A stretch of DNA of 64,000 nucleotides from the human T2T-CHM13v2.0 reference genome, Homo sapiens. The stretch lies in assembly GCF_009914755.1 (NCBI RefSeq), contig NC_060932.1; one strand, written 5' to 3'. The notes under the pieces are model-generated. The model was given only the letters and a program-made list of their open reading frames with translations, was not told where the DNA came from and did no database searches. A program made the position numbers and the translations under genes. This document shows, one piece after another, positions 12,762 through 25,632 of the stretch (its first letter is position 1; each line of letters begins with the position of its first letter).

Positions 12762-15288
12762 AATTTCATGCCTTGTTCTAATAAAGGGATTTTCCTTGTT
12801 TTCCAAAGAGCAACCTGTCTTACTCACTTTCTAACCATCCCTCTCTGATACTGTCCCTCCTAAAATCCATGCTTCCTCCCATACACCATAAACCCATCTG
12901 CTCTTCATCCATCAAGCTGTCAAGGATTTGGTTATGACAATCTTCATGTTCACCTAACTTTTTAATTCCAAGTAGTTTGGTTATTTTCAAAGCTACACAC
13001 AGGATGCCCATATTTTTAAAACTCCATCCTATTTGTGAAGGATTATTACTTTGGGCTTTGGCCCAGTTTTTATTCTTACTGCTGAATCTTTTCATAAGTC
13101 AAAATTAGTGCAGAGTTAATGCTTGAAAAGGGAGTCCTTAAAGTAAATAACTAAATGAAATCACTACCAAAATGTACACTTTGGATTTATTAAGATTCTA
13201 GAATTTAAAAACAGGAAAAGGTGCCATTAGTAAAAACTCCATCACTAACATTTTGGTACCACTCGTAGAGCGTCACATAAATATTCAGACCATGATAACT
13301 CAGTGCAGGAATGTTATCAAATATTTCCATGCAATCTGGAACTAGGACCACAGCTGGCAATTGGGGGTCTGAAGGCCCGACATCCCTTACGCTGCTTCCT
13401 ACATCTTGACAACAGGAAGGCCAAGTGATACTAGGTAGTGCACTACAACAGTGAACATAAGCCAGCCATCTGTTTTTTTGCAAAGTATAGTAAAACAAAC
13501 AAACAGAACATAGACCACTTCAGAGTAAACAAACATAACTTTCTTCAAGATGTAGGAAAACTGTATATTCAAAACCAATCTCAAACTTTAAACAACAAAA
13601 GATATCAAACATTTTAAACTGTACAAAGCAAATTAGCAGGATTTGAATATTGGCAGTTTTAAAATGTCACCCATCCAAAACACAAAACAGGGAGATAGCC
13701 AAGTCTTAGCTCCATCCTAATCAAAGCTGTCATGCAGATCCAGTTCCACTCTTCTCATCTCCAGCAGGTACTTCACTCAAGGAGGTGACACCCAAGGGGA
13801 GTAGATGAACCAGAAACAAGAGTGCCACATAGAAGGAAGAGAGGAGACCTTGGACCTTAGCTACTGGTTAGCTATTCGACATTGATGATATTCAGCGTTT
13901 TCCCAAGTTATTCTTTCTCGCTTCTCAGCACATAATTTACATTATGCATACTATATGCCAGAAACTGTTAGTGCTTGACATGCAGTCAGTTAATTTTCAC
14001 AACTGGGTGAAGTAGGTTTCTATCATTAGCTCTATCTTAGGGACAAACAAACTGAAGCACGGAGAGGTTAAATTGTATTCCTAAAGCACTACACAGTGAG
14101 CAAATAGATTCAGACCTGTGCAGTCTAACCCAGAATTAGCTCTGAATCACTCTACCATTCGGTCTACAGGACAATGTAGACCAGACTACAGGACAATGTA
14201 GATTTGGTCTACAGGACAATGCAGAGTGCCTGTGTTTCAGGCACTCTCATGGTGATTTTCCACACAGGACGGCTTTTGATAATAGAAAGGCCCTCTCTTT
14301 CAAATGAAAGGACTTCACTGATGGATTAACAAATTCTCACCCATTCACCTGTGTGAGCCAAATACTAGATCTACTTTCTTAGTCTTCATAACAAGCAGGA
14401 CGATAACCATAATTTATAATGAACACAAAACATTGATCTAGTGTTCAAAGAACTTTTGCACACTTGTTCTCATTTAGAAGAATGAAGTAATCTGGAAACA
14501 TAGAATAGGCATACACTTTGGCTTTAGGAAGAACTCTTACAAAATCAGAGGTTGCCTTATGTAATACCACACTTTACCTTGAGCAGGTGGATAGCCTGGG
14601 GGTTCCTGTTATACCTCAGTCTTGGTCAGTTCTATTTGTTCCCCTGTCCTTCAGCAGTGCCCTTAGGCTTGCTTTAAACATTAACAGCATTCATAAGCAT
14701 GGTTTCTAGGGTCAGAGCCCAGCCTCCCTCCACCCACCCGGCTCCCTACACACCTTGACAGTGCTCTTTGAGATGCCTCAGTTGTAGTCTCCTTGTAATT
14801 GTGCACAGTAGACGTCTGAACGAATAGACCAGAGTCCTGCAAACGTGATCTTGAAATCACTATTAAAAGAGCCTTTGCAGAGATCTACTCAGGAAAATTT
14901 TCTGAATAGACAAATGCTTTTAAAGGGGGTTCTAGACAGCCCATCTTCTTGGCCTCCTTCTGCAAAGTAGGACTACATTAAAACCTTGTCACAATGTGAC
15001 CTGAGCAAAACCATTATCAAGTGATCTAGTTGTCTTCAACCATACAAAAGAAAATTGACATGATTTCAGGATAGGTTTAGAAAAATAACGACCAGCGAAA
15101 GGAAAAAAAAAAGCGGGGGAGGGGGTTCCTAGAGAATTTAAGAGGCTAATATTTTAGCAAAAATTTAAAGATGCTCTTTATGATACACACATTTCTCATT
15201 GCTTTACAAACTTTAAATGTAACACAAATTCGTTTTTCACACTGTTTTGTTATTTGAGGTAAGGCATTCCTGCCACACACAGCAATGA

Positions 15289-15770
<482 letters not shown>

Positions 15771-16286
15771 TAGTATCCAACCCTTAAACTTCATAACAAT
15801 CATTTCCAAAGTGGAAAAGTCACTGGGATATGGGGACAGTATGATTTGTCTTTATACTTTTATTTTTCTAACATCTTTTTGTTTTCTAGTATACATGTTA
15901 GCACAGGAGTATGTATATTACTTAAGTATGCCTATGTTGGGGTGCAGACATAATTTCTTTTTAAATGATAGGATGCAAAATCAAATCTGTTTGCATACCA
16001 GTGAAGAGGCTATTTCTCAATCTTGGCAAACTAGGGGGTGCATACCCCCTTCTTTTATTCAGTAGCTTCCATAAGGATGTAACTTACGGAAGTTATATCC
16101 TTCCATAAACTGATAGGCTATCCAACCAGTGAGGAAAACTGATAAAGTGGCTTCTGAGCTCCAAGTAGCAGTTAAACACAACTAAATATATCTTGAAAGT
16201 TTGGAAAAAAATTTAACAGTAAAGGGATTCAGTAGTTATTCAGTATAAGGTTTGGAATTCAAAAACTCCAGCCATTACAATAGACA

Positions 16287-16292
16287 TTTATT
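16287..16292 (-). terminator. UQCRB: UQCRB proximal polyadenylation signal AATAAA
   Basis: tttatt on plus strand about 100 nt past the stop codon. Confidence 0.8.
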
Positions 16293-16390
16293 TAAAGTAA
16301 AACATCTTCAGACCAAATAATTCTTAAAATTGTTTGTTTCAAGTTTAACCATCTTCATAACAGCTGCATCCACAGACTTCAACTACATGA

Positions 16391-16468
16391 TTACTTCTTT
16401 GCCCATTCTTCTCTTTCTTTTCTTTCCCGAATAACCTCTTTCAGATACGGTTCAAGGTAGAAATTTTC
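16391..16468 (-). CDS. UQCRB: UQCRB coding exon 4 (ENFYLEPYLKEVIRERKEREEWAKK*)
   Basis: 78 nt after TTTAG acceptor, ending in TAA; total CDS 336 nt = 111 aa. Confidence 0.97.
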   Translation of the reverse strand, partial: ENFYLEPYLKEVIRERKEREEWAKK

Positions 16469-16623
16469 CTAAAGAATGAATGAAATATTATATGTTACCA
16501 TCACGTACTGATATATCCCAAACACTCAACAGGTCTTCAATAACAAGAAAAAAGCAATTACTTTTGAATTTCCAATTTTAGAAAACATATTCTCAACCTA
16601 AGAACTATCTGCTTTTTAAAATG

Positions 16624-16851
16624 TCAAATCTGTGGTGATGGTGTGATAAGTTGCTTTGATAGGTTATGAGGGGGAAGTCTTTTCGGGAAGAAAAAGAAAT
16701 GAATGTCCACAGGCCTTTGCCTAGTTTCAATGCAGTTCAAGGGGTGAGAGTTTGCTTCACAGAAGCTCTTCTTGGGATCTGGAGGGACACTCAATGGGCT
16801 GATCTTTTCATCTAAGTAGGAAGCAGAGTGCAGAGCTGGAACAGCAAAGAC
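16624..16851 (-). CDS. UQCRB: Candidate alternative terminal coding exon of UQCRB (VFAVPALHSASYLDEKISPL...TPSPQI*, 75 aa, giving a 161-aa isoform)
   Basis: TTGCCTCCCAG acceptor at 16852, phase 0 like the exon 3 donor, 75 open codons then TGA; agrees with my recollection of an annotated longer isoform. Confidence 0.65.
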   Translation of the reverse strand, partial: VFAVPALHSASYLDEKISPLSVPPDPKKSFCEANSHPLNCIETRQRPVDIHFFFFPKRLPPHNLSKQLITPSPQI

Positions 16852-16863
16852 CTGGGAGGCAAC

Positions 16864-16980
16864 AGACCTGGATTTTAGTCCTGGCTCTCTATATTAGAGA
16901 CTTGCTTAGTAATTTCAGAAGAATCATTTCACACGTAAGACTCAATGTGGTTTTCTTCTAAAACGGAAATAACATTTGCT
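16864..16980 (+). mobile_element. Degenerate MIR in UQCRB intron 3
   Basis: agacctggattttagtcctggctct...ctaaaacggaaataaca resembles the MIR core. Confidence 0.5.
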
Positions 16981-17109
16981 TTATTAACCTCACATATTTA
17001 TTTGACATGACTCAGAGAACTCTAACACTATGCAAATGAACATGTTTCTCTTGTTTCTAAAACTCCATCCTTAATGAGCAACACTGTCAGGTAGATAAAG
17101 CTGTGCTAC

Positions 17110-17276
17110 CTCTTCATATTTGGTCCACTGCTCTTTAGGCAAGATCTGATGCTTCAAGTTCAGGTCCAGTGCCCTCTTAATGCGAAACATCCTGTCATTA
17201 TAAAGGTTCTCAGGAAGTCTTCTTATGGCTTCTTTTACATCTTCATCCTCGTATATTGTATCATCTCGCATTAACC
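17110..17276 (-). CDS. UQCRB: UQCRB coding exon 3 ([55 protein letters not shown])
   Basis: Core of ORF 17071..17316; 167 nt with AG acceptor and GTAGCA donor; cumulative 258 nt = 86 codons. Confidence 0.98.
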
Positions 17277-17435
17277 CTATGATAGATGACAAAGTTAGAT
17301 TGCACATGCATCTCAAAAATCGCGGTTTTTTTAAATTAGTAAAATACCTTTATGACTTATAACTTACAACTTTTGGTGAACTATCGAATTCAAATCACTA
17401 GGTTCAATGGAAATTCAATGCATTTCATACATTAT

Positions 17436-17480
17436 AGGTTGGTGCAAAAGTAATTGCAGTTTTGCCATTAAAAGTAATGA
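17436..17480. mobile_element. MADE1 (Hsmar1-derived MITE), partial
   Basis: taggttggtgcaaaagtaattgcagttttgccatt is the MADE1 terminal inverted repeat. Confidence 0.88.
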
Positions 17481-17891
17481 GTTATTACTTGATATAATGG
17501 GTTACTTCTTGAACTAGACTATGGAAACAATATATGAGCCTCTTAAAATCCAATGCCACAAAATTCATATTTTATCTAAACCATTTACAAAATATTTTAA
17601 ATGTTTACTTTGTTTTTAAACACACATTAATAAACCACATCTCTTTTTTCTCATAGTTTAAATCTGAGATCAAGGTATTAAAGAATCTTAAAATGATAGT
17701 ATACTAAGGAACAGTGACTTTTGCTTACACTTTCTTCAAGCTTCAATAGTAAAAGATGAAGTTCATGGTAAATTACAAAGTTCTAAAAAAGCTTAGGAAT
17801 CATATGATTGCATGGACGTGATAAAATTTTAATATTCAAAAACTCTCTACTTTCAATGTTTATATAATTTAAATTAAAATTTTAAGTGGAA

Positions 17892-18249
<358 letters not shown>

Positions 18250-18490
18250 TTAAATCATTACCAAGTCGAACATTTTAGAGGCTTTCATCCCTCTTCTCTC
18301 AAAAAAACTTTAAAAAGGAACTGGATTTAACATAATGTGATTTAATTTTAAAATCTTCTGATGTATACAAGAACTGAAATGGTTTTTGGAACCACAGTAA
18401 CACTTGCAAAAGCAATACTCTCAGAAAAACAAAAAAAAAACAAAGAAACAACAACAACAACAAAAAACATTAAACAGCACAGCTGCTTAC

Positions 18491-18562
18491 CCAGTTTATT
18501 GAATCCTGCAGCATTGTAATACCATTTTCGAATACCATCCAGCCACTTGCCTGATGCTGAAA
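18491..18562 (-). CDS. UQCRB: UQCRB coding exon 2 ([25 protein letters not shown])
   Basis: 72 nt, AG acceptor at 18564-18563 and GTAAGC donor; in phase with exons 1 and 3. Confidence 0.97.
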
Positions 18563-20037
18563 CTGATAATTGTCACACTGTTAATTGCTACAATTTAATT
18601 ATACTATATGAACACATTGATAGGCAAGCAACCAGTACTCAGTTATCTTGCTGATGAATGCAAACATAGAAATAAATTTCCTTTTAAAAGTATATAGTAT
18701 ATACAGCAAGAATTTAATCAAAAGAATTAGATTTAAAAGAAAAAAGTTTATACTCTATAAAATGTTGATAAAAAGTGCTTATTTTATTTATGAGCAAAAG
18801 TGGTTGCAGGAAAATGGTGGCAAGTCATGAAAGAAAAGGGTAAACTCAAACACTGAATGTACAAAAGATCCATAGGTACATCGTGTGCCCTTATGCCTGC
18901 CCTGTTACCTTCAGAAATGAAGGGGTGGGAGATAGGAAAAGGACTTGGAAATTTCCATCATTTGTAGTTTCATAAATAGATCACAGGAAATAATTGTAAA
19001 CTTTTCATTTCAAGAGAGCTGGAGTTGTAGGGAAAAGACAGTGAGATTTCAGCATAGACTGGCAGGTCTAAATGACCCTCATCCTCTAAAATTTTTACTC
19101 GATATTACAGTTATTTCATTTGGCCACATTCTTTAAAAATGTATGTATTTTGGGGAGGATTTTGATACCATTAGTCATTTAAACATTAATATGGATTCGT
19201 AAAAGAAGTCCATTTACCTCCTCCTAAGCAACTAAGTTCCCCCCAAGGGAATGGATATTGAAAAAGGATGAGAAATAGGTAATTTTAAAACTGTTTGGGG
19301 AACAGGGCTGAGCCTGATGAAGTAACCCAGCAGGGTCCAAGTACAGCAGGACCGTATCTGACATTTTAGGAGAGACATTTTACAAAAGGAGAGGTAGAAC
19401 AGGTTTGTATTCTCTTTTAAAATTTTGTCTAGGGTTAGCCCTTACCAAGGAAGGAAAGCAAACTCTCCTTTCACTCAACTCTCCTTGCTTGCAAACTCAG
19501 TGCACTACAGATTACGTGGCTTTAGCAAATCTCCTTGGAAATTAAGAGTCATGTATAAAACTGCTGCTAGAAAAACAAGTATCAGTCAACAATCTACAAA
19601 CATACTTGTGGAAGACAGATTATATTCAACCACCTATCAGTGACTATAATAATATTCACTAAGCACTTATTGTGCACCAAACACTTTCCTATTTGCTTTA
19701 CCAACATTAGCTGATTTATTTACATGTCTGTTACTACAGAAGGGGAAGCTGGCTTACAGAAGTGATCCCACCCAAGGTCAGAGTTAGCTAATGGGAGTTG
19801 AGATCTGGTCTATGTAGTTCCCAAACACGCACAGAAGCAGTGTCTTGAATTTAGTAAGACTCCTTCAATATCTGCCAAATTAATAAAATAATTATTTAAA
19901 AAGTCTCCCCCACCCCCAAAAAGCTCAATGTCAATTAGGTTAACGGATGTTTCTGGCAACCTGATGTTTCCTAACAGCTTCACAATTGCTGGGGGCGGGG
20001 AGAAAAGGATCAACATTTTTTAAGCTACTCCAACTTG

Positions 20038-20135
20038 GTTGCATTGCAGTGAGACGAGATTGTGCCATTGCACTCCAGCCTGGGCGACAAAGCAAGACTC
20101 CGTCTCAAAGACAAAACAAACAAACAAACAAAACG
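20038..20135 (+). mobile_element. 5'-truncated Alu (3' end and (CAAA)n tail)
   Basis: Perfect 14-bp TSD gctactccaacttg at 20024-20037 and 20136-20149. Confidence 0.92.
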
Positions 20136-20559
20136 GCTACTCCAACTTGTACCGCCAGAGGGCAGAGATTAGCAAAAAAAAAAAAAAAGAAAGAAAAAAG
20201 AAAAAAAGAACCTACAATAAATTCAAATTTCTCCAAACCTACTGATCAAGCTGACGCTCTAGATAATCCAAGGTCAACCTGAAGCGTCGCTCGTATCCCT
20301 TGCTCAACTGTCTCTGATTCGCAGTTTGAGAAGCGCGAGGGGTGCAATGATATTTCCAATTCTACTTCCTTGGGTCACTTTGCCTCAGTTATCTTATCAG
20401 CGTAAAAGGGAAATTAATATCTCCCTCGTCGCAATGGCAAGAAAATTTATAGGGCCAATGCACACGATAGAGCACTTGGGTCATAGAAAGCACTGAGCTC
20501 ATTCGGGTTGAAAGTCATCCACTAGTTATCCTCTTGTGCCCTTTAACTTTTCTAAGGCC

Positions 20560-21090
20560 AAGGGGAAGGACTTCCAAGCACGGGCAGCTGGAACTCCAGG
20601 GCTGTCAGAGCCACCGCGGGCACCTTCACAAACAGCGGGTTAACATCCCAACCCTATACAGGCAAGCCCGCCCTGGGGACAGCAAACGAGTGGGGAAGCA
20701 CATCCTTTTCACTGGACTGAAGCAGCCAATTTCCCTTCCGCGACAAACTTGGCCACTTACAAAGAAGAGAGAAAACGGAGCAAGCTGCAGCAAAAATAAA
20801 CGGTGAAGCGCGACGATGCCGGCCAAGAAGACCCCCAGTTACTTACCGGCCTGCTTACCAGCCATTTTGACCAGAAAGAGAAGCGTTGCCTTCTGGGTAA
20901 GTCATAGAGGACAAGCTGGGCCCAGTCCGCAGGCGCGTTACGTCACATCGCGAACAGAGAAAGGCCGCTTGCGCAGGCGCAGTTCTGACGACTGCCGTTC
21001 AGCACCTGCGTAAGCACCTCTCGGCCAGGGTGAGGCCAATGGAGTAGGCGGGGCATTTTGCGTGCTACATTCTAAGAAGTATTGGTTGTG
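20560..21090 (-). promoter_or_regulatory. UQCRB: UQCRB CpG-rich promoter with NRF1, CRE-like, YY1, CCAAT and GC-box motifs
   Basis: TGCGCAGGCGCA 20970-20981 (NRF1), TTACGTCA 20938-20945 (ATF/CREB-like), CAAAATGGC over the ATG (YY1), CCAAT 21036-21040, ATTGG 21081-21085, GGCGGGGC 21047-21054; typical set for nuclear respiratory genes. Confidence 0.85.
20847..20865 (-). CDS. UQCRB: UQCRB coding exon 1 (MAGKQA + 1 nt), cytochrome bc1 complex subunit 7
   Basis: Minus strand ATG GCT GGT AAG CAG GCC G followed by GTAAGT donor (plus acttac 20841-20846); matches the UQCRB N-terminus; lies in a CpG-rich promoter. Confidence 0.97.
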
Positions 21091-21250
21091 ATGTGATGGG
21101 AAGAACACAGGTCAGGAATTAGGAGACCAAGGCTTAAAGCTGGGTTCTGTTATTTGCTGTTAATAGCTATGGGAGCGTGGACAGTATTAATTCAGCTCTT
21201 TGTGCCAGGCAGGAAGCTAAATGTTTTAAGGGCATCGTCTTACTTTCTAT

Positions 21251-21812
21251 TGAAGGACTGATGGATGTGCCATCCCAAAAATATATGGAATTGGTACATT
21301 GATTATTTCGAGTTGAAAATATTGGAGAAATTGTAGTTTCAGAAAAGGTTTGATGACCTATCTCTTCCTGCATGCAGCAAGCCATAAAGCTTCCTCCAGG
21401 ATTCCTCTGGAGTACCCGTCCCTTACCAGAGGGAGAAAATAGCACCTATCACCAGAGACGAAACTGGGGGCTGCTTTGGACCTGAATATACTTTCCGAAG
21501 TAACCGTTATCTTCCACTAAGTTTACACCCCAACACACACACTTTTCTCCTAATGACTCCGCGAGAAATTTACTGCCCCTAGCCAGATCCCCTTTCTTCT
21601 GATTTGTAGTTCGTGTAAAAAGTATAAAGGCATCTTACATTGGCCACTTCACTCTTTTGTGCGGATCCCCATGTACATGTAAAACTAGTAAAATTAGTAT
21701 GCTTTTCTCTTGTTAATCTGCCATGTGTCAATTTGGTTCCTAGATTCAACCAAAGAGCCCACATAAGAGCAAAGGGGAGGGAGGGTTGGAGGTGATCTCT
21801 CACTCCCCTAAA
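21251..21812 (+). mobile_element. ERV1 solo LTR (MER34/MER39-like)
   Basis: Starts tgaagga...gccatcccaaaatat, ends ctcccctaaa, 4-bp TSD ctat on both sides, TATAAA at 21623-21628. Confidence 0.8.
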
Positions 21813-22109
21813 CTATCTTTTAATTCTAAAAGTACTGTAATTATCTCATTGTAGAGAGGAGAAAGCTGAGGCTCAGAAAGGTTGAATAACTTGTCCAAGA
21901 GCACATGACTAGAAGAGTCCAGGTTCTTCTTCCAGAATCTGAAAATCCAGATGCAAATTTGGGGCTCCTTAATTCTAGGGTCATATGCTATACTGCTACA
22001 CTACTAATCCAGGAAAGACACCAAGCCTTTCAGGCCTTGGGTTTCTCCAGCTGAAGATCTATATCTAGCTATTTTAGTGGAAGGTTAGGTCAGAAAAGGT
22101 TTTGGGTTT

Positions 22110-22408
22110 TTTTTGTTTGTTTTTTTTCACCCTTTTTTTTGTTGTTCAGCCTCTGTCACCCAGGCTGAATGGCACAATCTCGGCTCACTGCAACCTCTGC
22201 CTCCTGGGTTCAAATGACTCGTGCCTCAGCCTCCTGAGTAGCTGGGACTACAGGTGTACACACTACCATGCCCGCTAATTTTTGTATTTTTAGTAGAGAC
22301 GGGGTTTCACCGTGTTGGCCAGGCTGGTATCAAACTCTTGACCTCAAGTGATCCACCCACGTCAGCCTCCCAAAATGCTGGGTTACCCGCGTGAGCCATC
22401 ATGCCCAG
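22110..22408 (-). mobile_element. Alu, antisense
   Basis: TSD cagaaaaggtttt. Confidence 0.93.
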
Positions 22409-23084
22409 CAGAAAAGGTTTTTAAAGATTAAATCTAAGATGTATTGCAGAATTTGCACACAATTTTAAGACAAAAGAGAAGTATATAGATTTTCTCACTT
22501 TTAAGGTCTCAACCCCAACATGCGAAGTCTTAGGCATAAACATCTAGAGACAGAAAACAATTAGGGGGAGCTAGCATGACTGATAGTTACTGGTGAACTT
22601 CTACCATTACTCAGTGATATCTTTTTTTTCCCCTCAGTTTTAAGCTCAGAGCTGGGACAATATAGAGTAGAACCTTGTCTCATCCTAAGTTCAAAAGGTT
22701 AGATTTAACGATCTTAGTCACATTCCAGTTCTAAAATTATATTGATTTTCCTTTTTCTTCTATCTCCATGCTGTCACAATTTCTTCATTAGTCAGTCCTG
22801 TATACAGCACTAAAGCTGATGAATGATCTATCTTACACTAGCCAAAGTGAAGTCTGAAAGATGTGAAGAAATGCAGTACATTTGTACATTGGCACATTGC
22901 CCTGCAGAGGGTAGGTACTCAATAAACTCTCCTCCCTTCCACCCTTTAAGTTTTAGCTTGCTGGTTACAGGTGAAGGTGGCAAGAAAAGACATATCAAAA
23001 GATCTGAAACCCAAAATTGTCACAAAATCCAGCTCCTAAGGAATTAAGCTAGAGAGACTGAATGTTTGCTGGTAGTGATTGTTG

Positions 23085-24150
23085 ATTCAAAAACTATTTT
23101 TGGTTTTCTTTCCTCCCAGCACAGGATTAGGGATTGCCTCTCTGCCCTATTAAAGTTAGGCATGGCCATGTGATACTTTGGCCAAGAAAAATGTGATAAC
23201 TTTTTAAGAGCAATTCTTCACATTCCTTTCCTTTTCCATAGACTGGCAACACTCCAGAAATGATGGAGACAGGATACATCAACCTGTATCACTGAAGATG
23301 ATGTGGAGCAGAGCCTTTGTGGTCCTAAGAAACATGTATAAGATAAAAACTTTTGTGGTTTTTCAATCATTTGAGGTTTTAGGATTGTTCATTGTATCAA
23401 CACAACTTGCCTATTCTGACTGCTAAGGTTGTTCACTGGGTTATTCATAAAGGCAAAATGAGGTTGTGAGCCACAGAAAGAGAGGACAGGATGGTTCCAT
23501 GGTGTCCCCAGCTTATTTTTTATTGTTTCCTGTTTATTGATCTCATCCATTGGAGAACTCCATGAAAGCACATATCTATGCCACACTCACCACTGTATTA
23601 TAGAACTCAAATGTCGGTTGCATGAATAAAATATGTAACAGGAAGGCCACTATACCTGGCCCTGACCAATTACAAATTTAGTTTTTCATGAGGTTTTTTA
23701 AAGGGCATCCAGCACACCACAGAACCCTGTGCACAACAAACTACCCCCAAAGTTAGCGGCTTAAAACACTTTCTCCCAATTCTGAATTCCGCTGGGTCGT
23801 TCTGCTTAGTGTAGTATCTACTAAGTCTGGGACATCCCAGATAATTTCTTCATGCATGTCTGGTGCTCAGTTGGCATGTCTGAAAAAGCTGGGTTTGGCC
23901 AGACATCTTTCTGTCCACCTAGTTTCTCCAGCAGAGTAACCAGACCTCTCTACACAGTAGCTTAGGGTGCCAAGAGCAAATGTTCCAAGAGGGCAAGCCC
24001 TGATGTGCAAATCCTTAAGCCTCTGCTTGACAAATGTCCTCTGGGCCAAATCACATCGGCCCAGAGTCAGTGTGGGAGAGGACTAACTACACAAGAGTGC
24101 AAATACCAGGTATGGTTCATGGGGGCCCCCAGTGTTAACAGTCTACCCAA
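23085..24150. mobile_element. Old MaLR (MLT1) LTR fragments
   Basis: ggcatggccatgtgatactttggccaa and aacaaactacccccaaagttagcggcttaaaac motifs. Confidence 0.55.
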
Positions 24151-24771
24151 TCTGGTGATCATAAGGCAGACAACTGAAGTCATGATGCTTCGTTTTACAA
24201 ATAAAAAAGCAAAGGCTCAGAAATGAAATCACTTGCCCAGGATAACACATGTTGTAAATGGAAAACAAATATTTGTTTACTGGTAATAAGTCAAAGGCTA
24301 GTTAAGCCTTTCACTATATCTCATTGCCCCTAATCTTTAAACTCCACTTTCCTTTTCCTTATTCTTAGCCAACTGTGAATATCTGTGTTCAAGAAGTTAA
24401 CAATGTAGATAATCCAAAATGAAGTGTGTTTTGTAGCATTATCTGAGCAGTAGATATTAGATGACTAATGTAGTATGCTCTGGAAACTCGTAACAGTTCA
24501 AAGGAAATAAAGCCATTTTATAATGAAACCACTTTAAAAATCCTCCACTGTTTTCATCTTCACGAGAATGACAAAGCACCAACTTAAAGTAAACCAACTC
24601 TTTCCCCTTCTCTGAGCTTGCTGTATTTCCTAAGAAGGAAGGAAAAAGTCAAACAAGAATTAAGTCACTAGGAACTTGATGAAAGTTCTACCACAGTATA
24701 TGTACCCAAATTTACAGTATCAAATGGTTTCCAATATCAGTTGAGACCCGAGGCATTTAAAAATATATTCA

Positions 24772-24777
24772 TTTATT
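24772..24777 (-). terminator. MTERF3: MTERF3 polyadenylation signal AATAAA
   Basis: tttatt on plus strand about 50 nt after the stop codon. Confidence 0.8.
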
Positions 24778-24825
24778 CATATATATATTCACTTTACAAT
24801 ACTGCATTTTAACATACATAAAAAT

Positions 24826-25020
24826 CTAAAGCGTTTTTAAGAATTTTTCAAAGTCCTGTACTGATGCTTTGGCAATCTCTTCACAAAATATTTCATCAGG
24901 AATAGATACTAGTTTGTCCAAAGAGATGTAGTTAGGTTTTGCTGGATCATACTGTGCTCTTCCTAAATAGGTAAGAAACAAGTGTCTTTCTTTGACCTTA
25001 AACAGCCTTGTATTAAATAC
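24826..25020 (-). CDS. MTERF3: MTERF3 exon 8 coding part ([16 protein letters not shown]...FEKFLKTL*)
   Basis: 195 nt after a T-rich CTAG acceptor, ending in TAG; total CDS 1254 nt = 417 aa. Confidence 0.96.
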
Positions 25021-25313
25021 CTAGAAAAGAAAAAAAAGTTTTTAAAAAACACTGCACACGGGAGGATGAAATATTAAAAAGTTTACTTGGCAAAAATTTT
25101 AATAGGTTAACCAATACCAAGTACTGACCATGTGTTCAGTAAGTAGGATAAATGCCAGAGGATTTAAATCCTATATTTTCTGTGAAGAAACTAGAAAAAG
25201 GGATTCAAAATCAACATACAAAACAATAATAAAATAATTCAGGGCTATACTGTGTGCAAAGAAGATTGAGTGCTCCAGAGACAGAGGAGAATGTGTTAAA
25301 AAAGCAAATCTTC

Positions 25314-25632
<319 letters not shown>

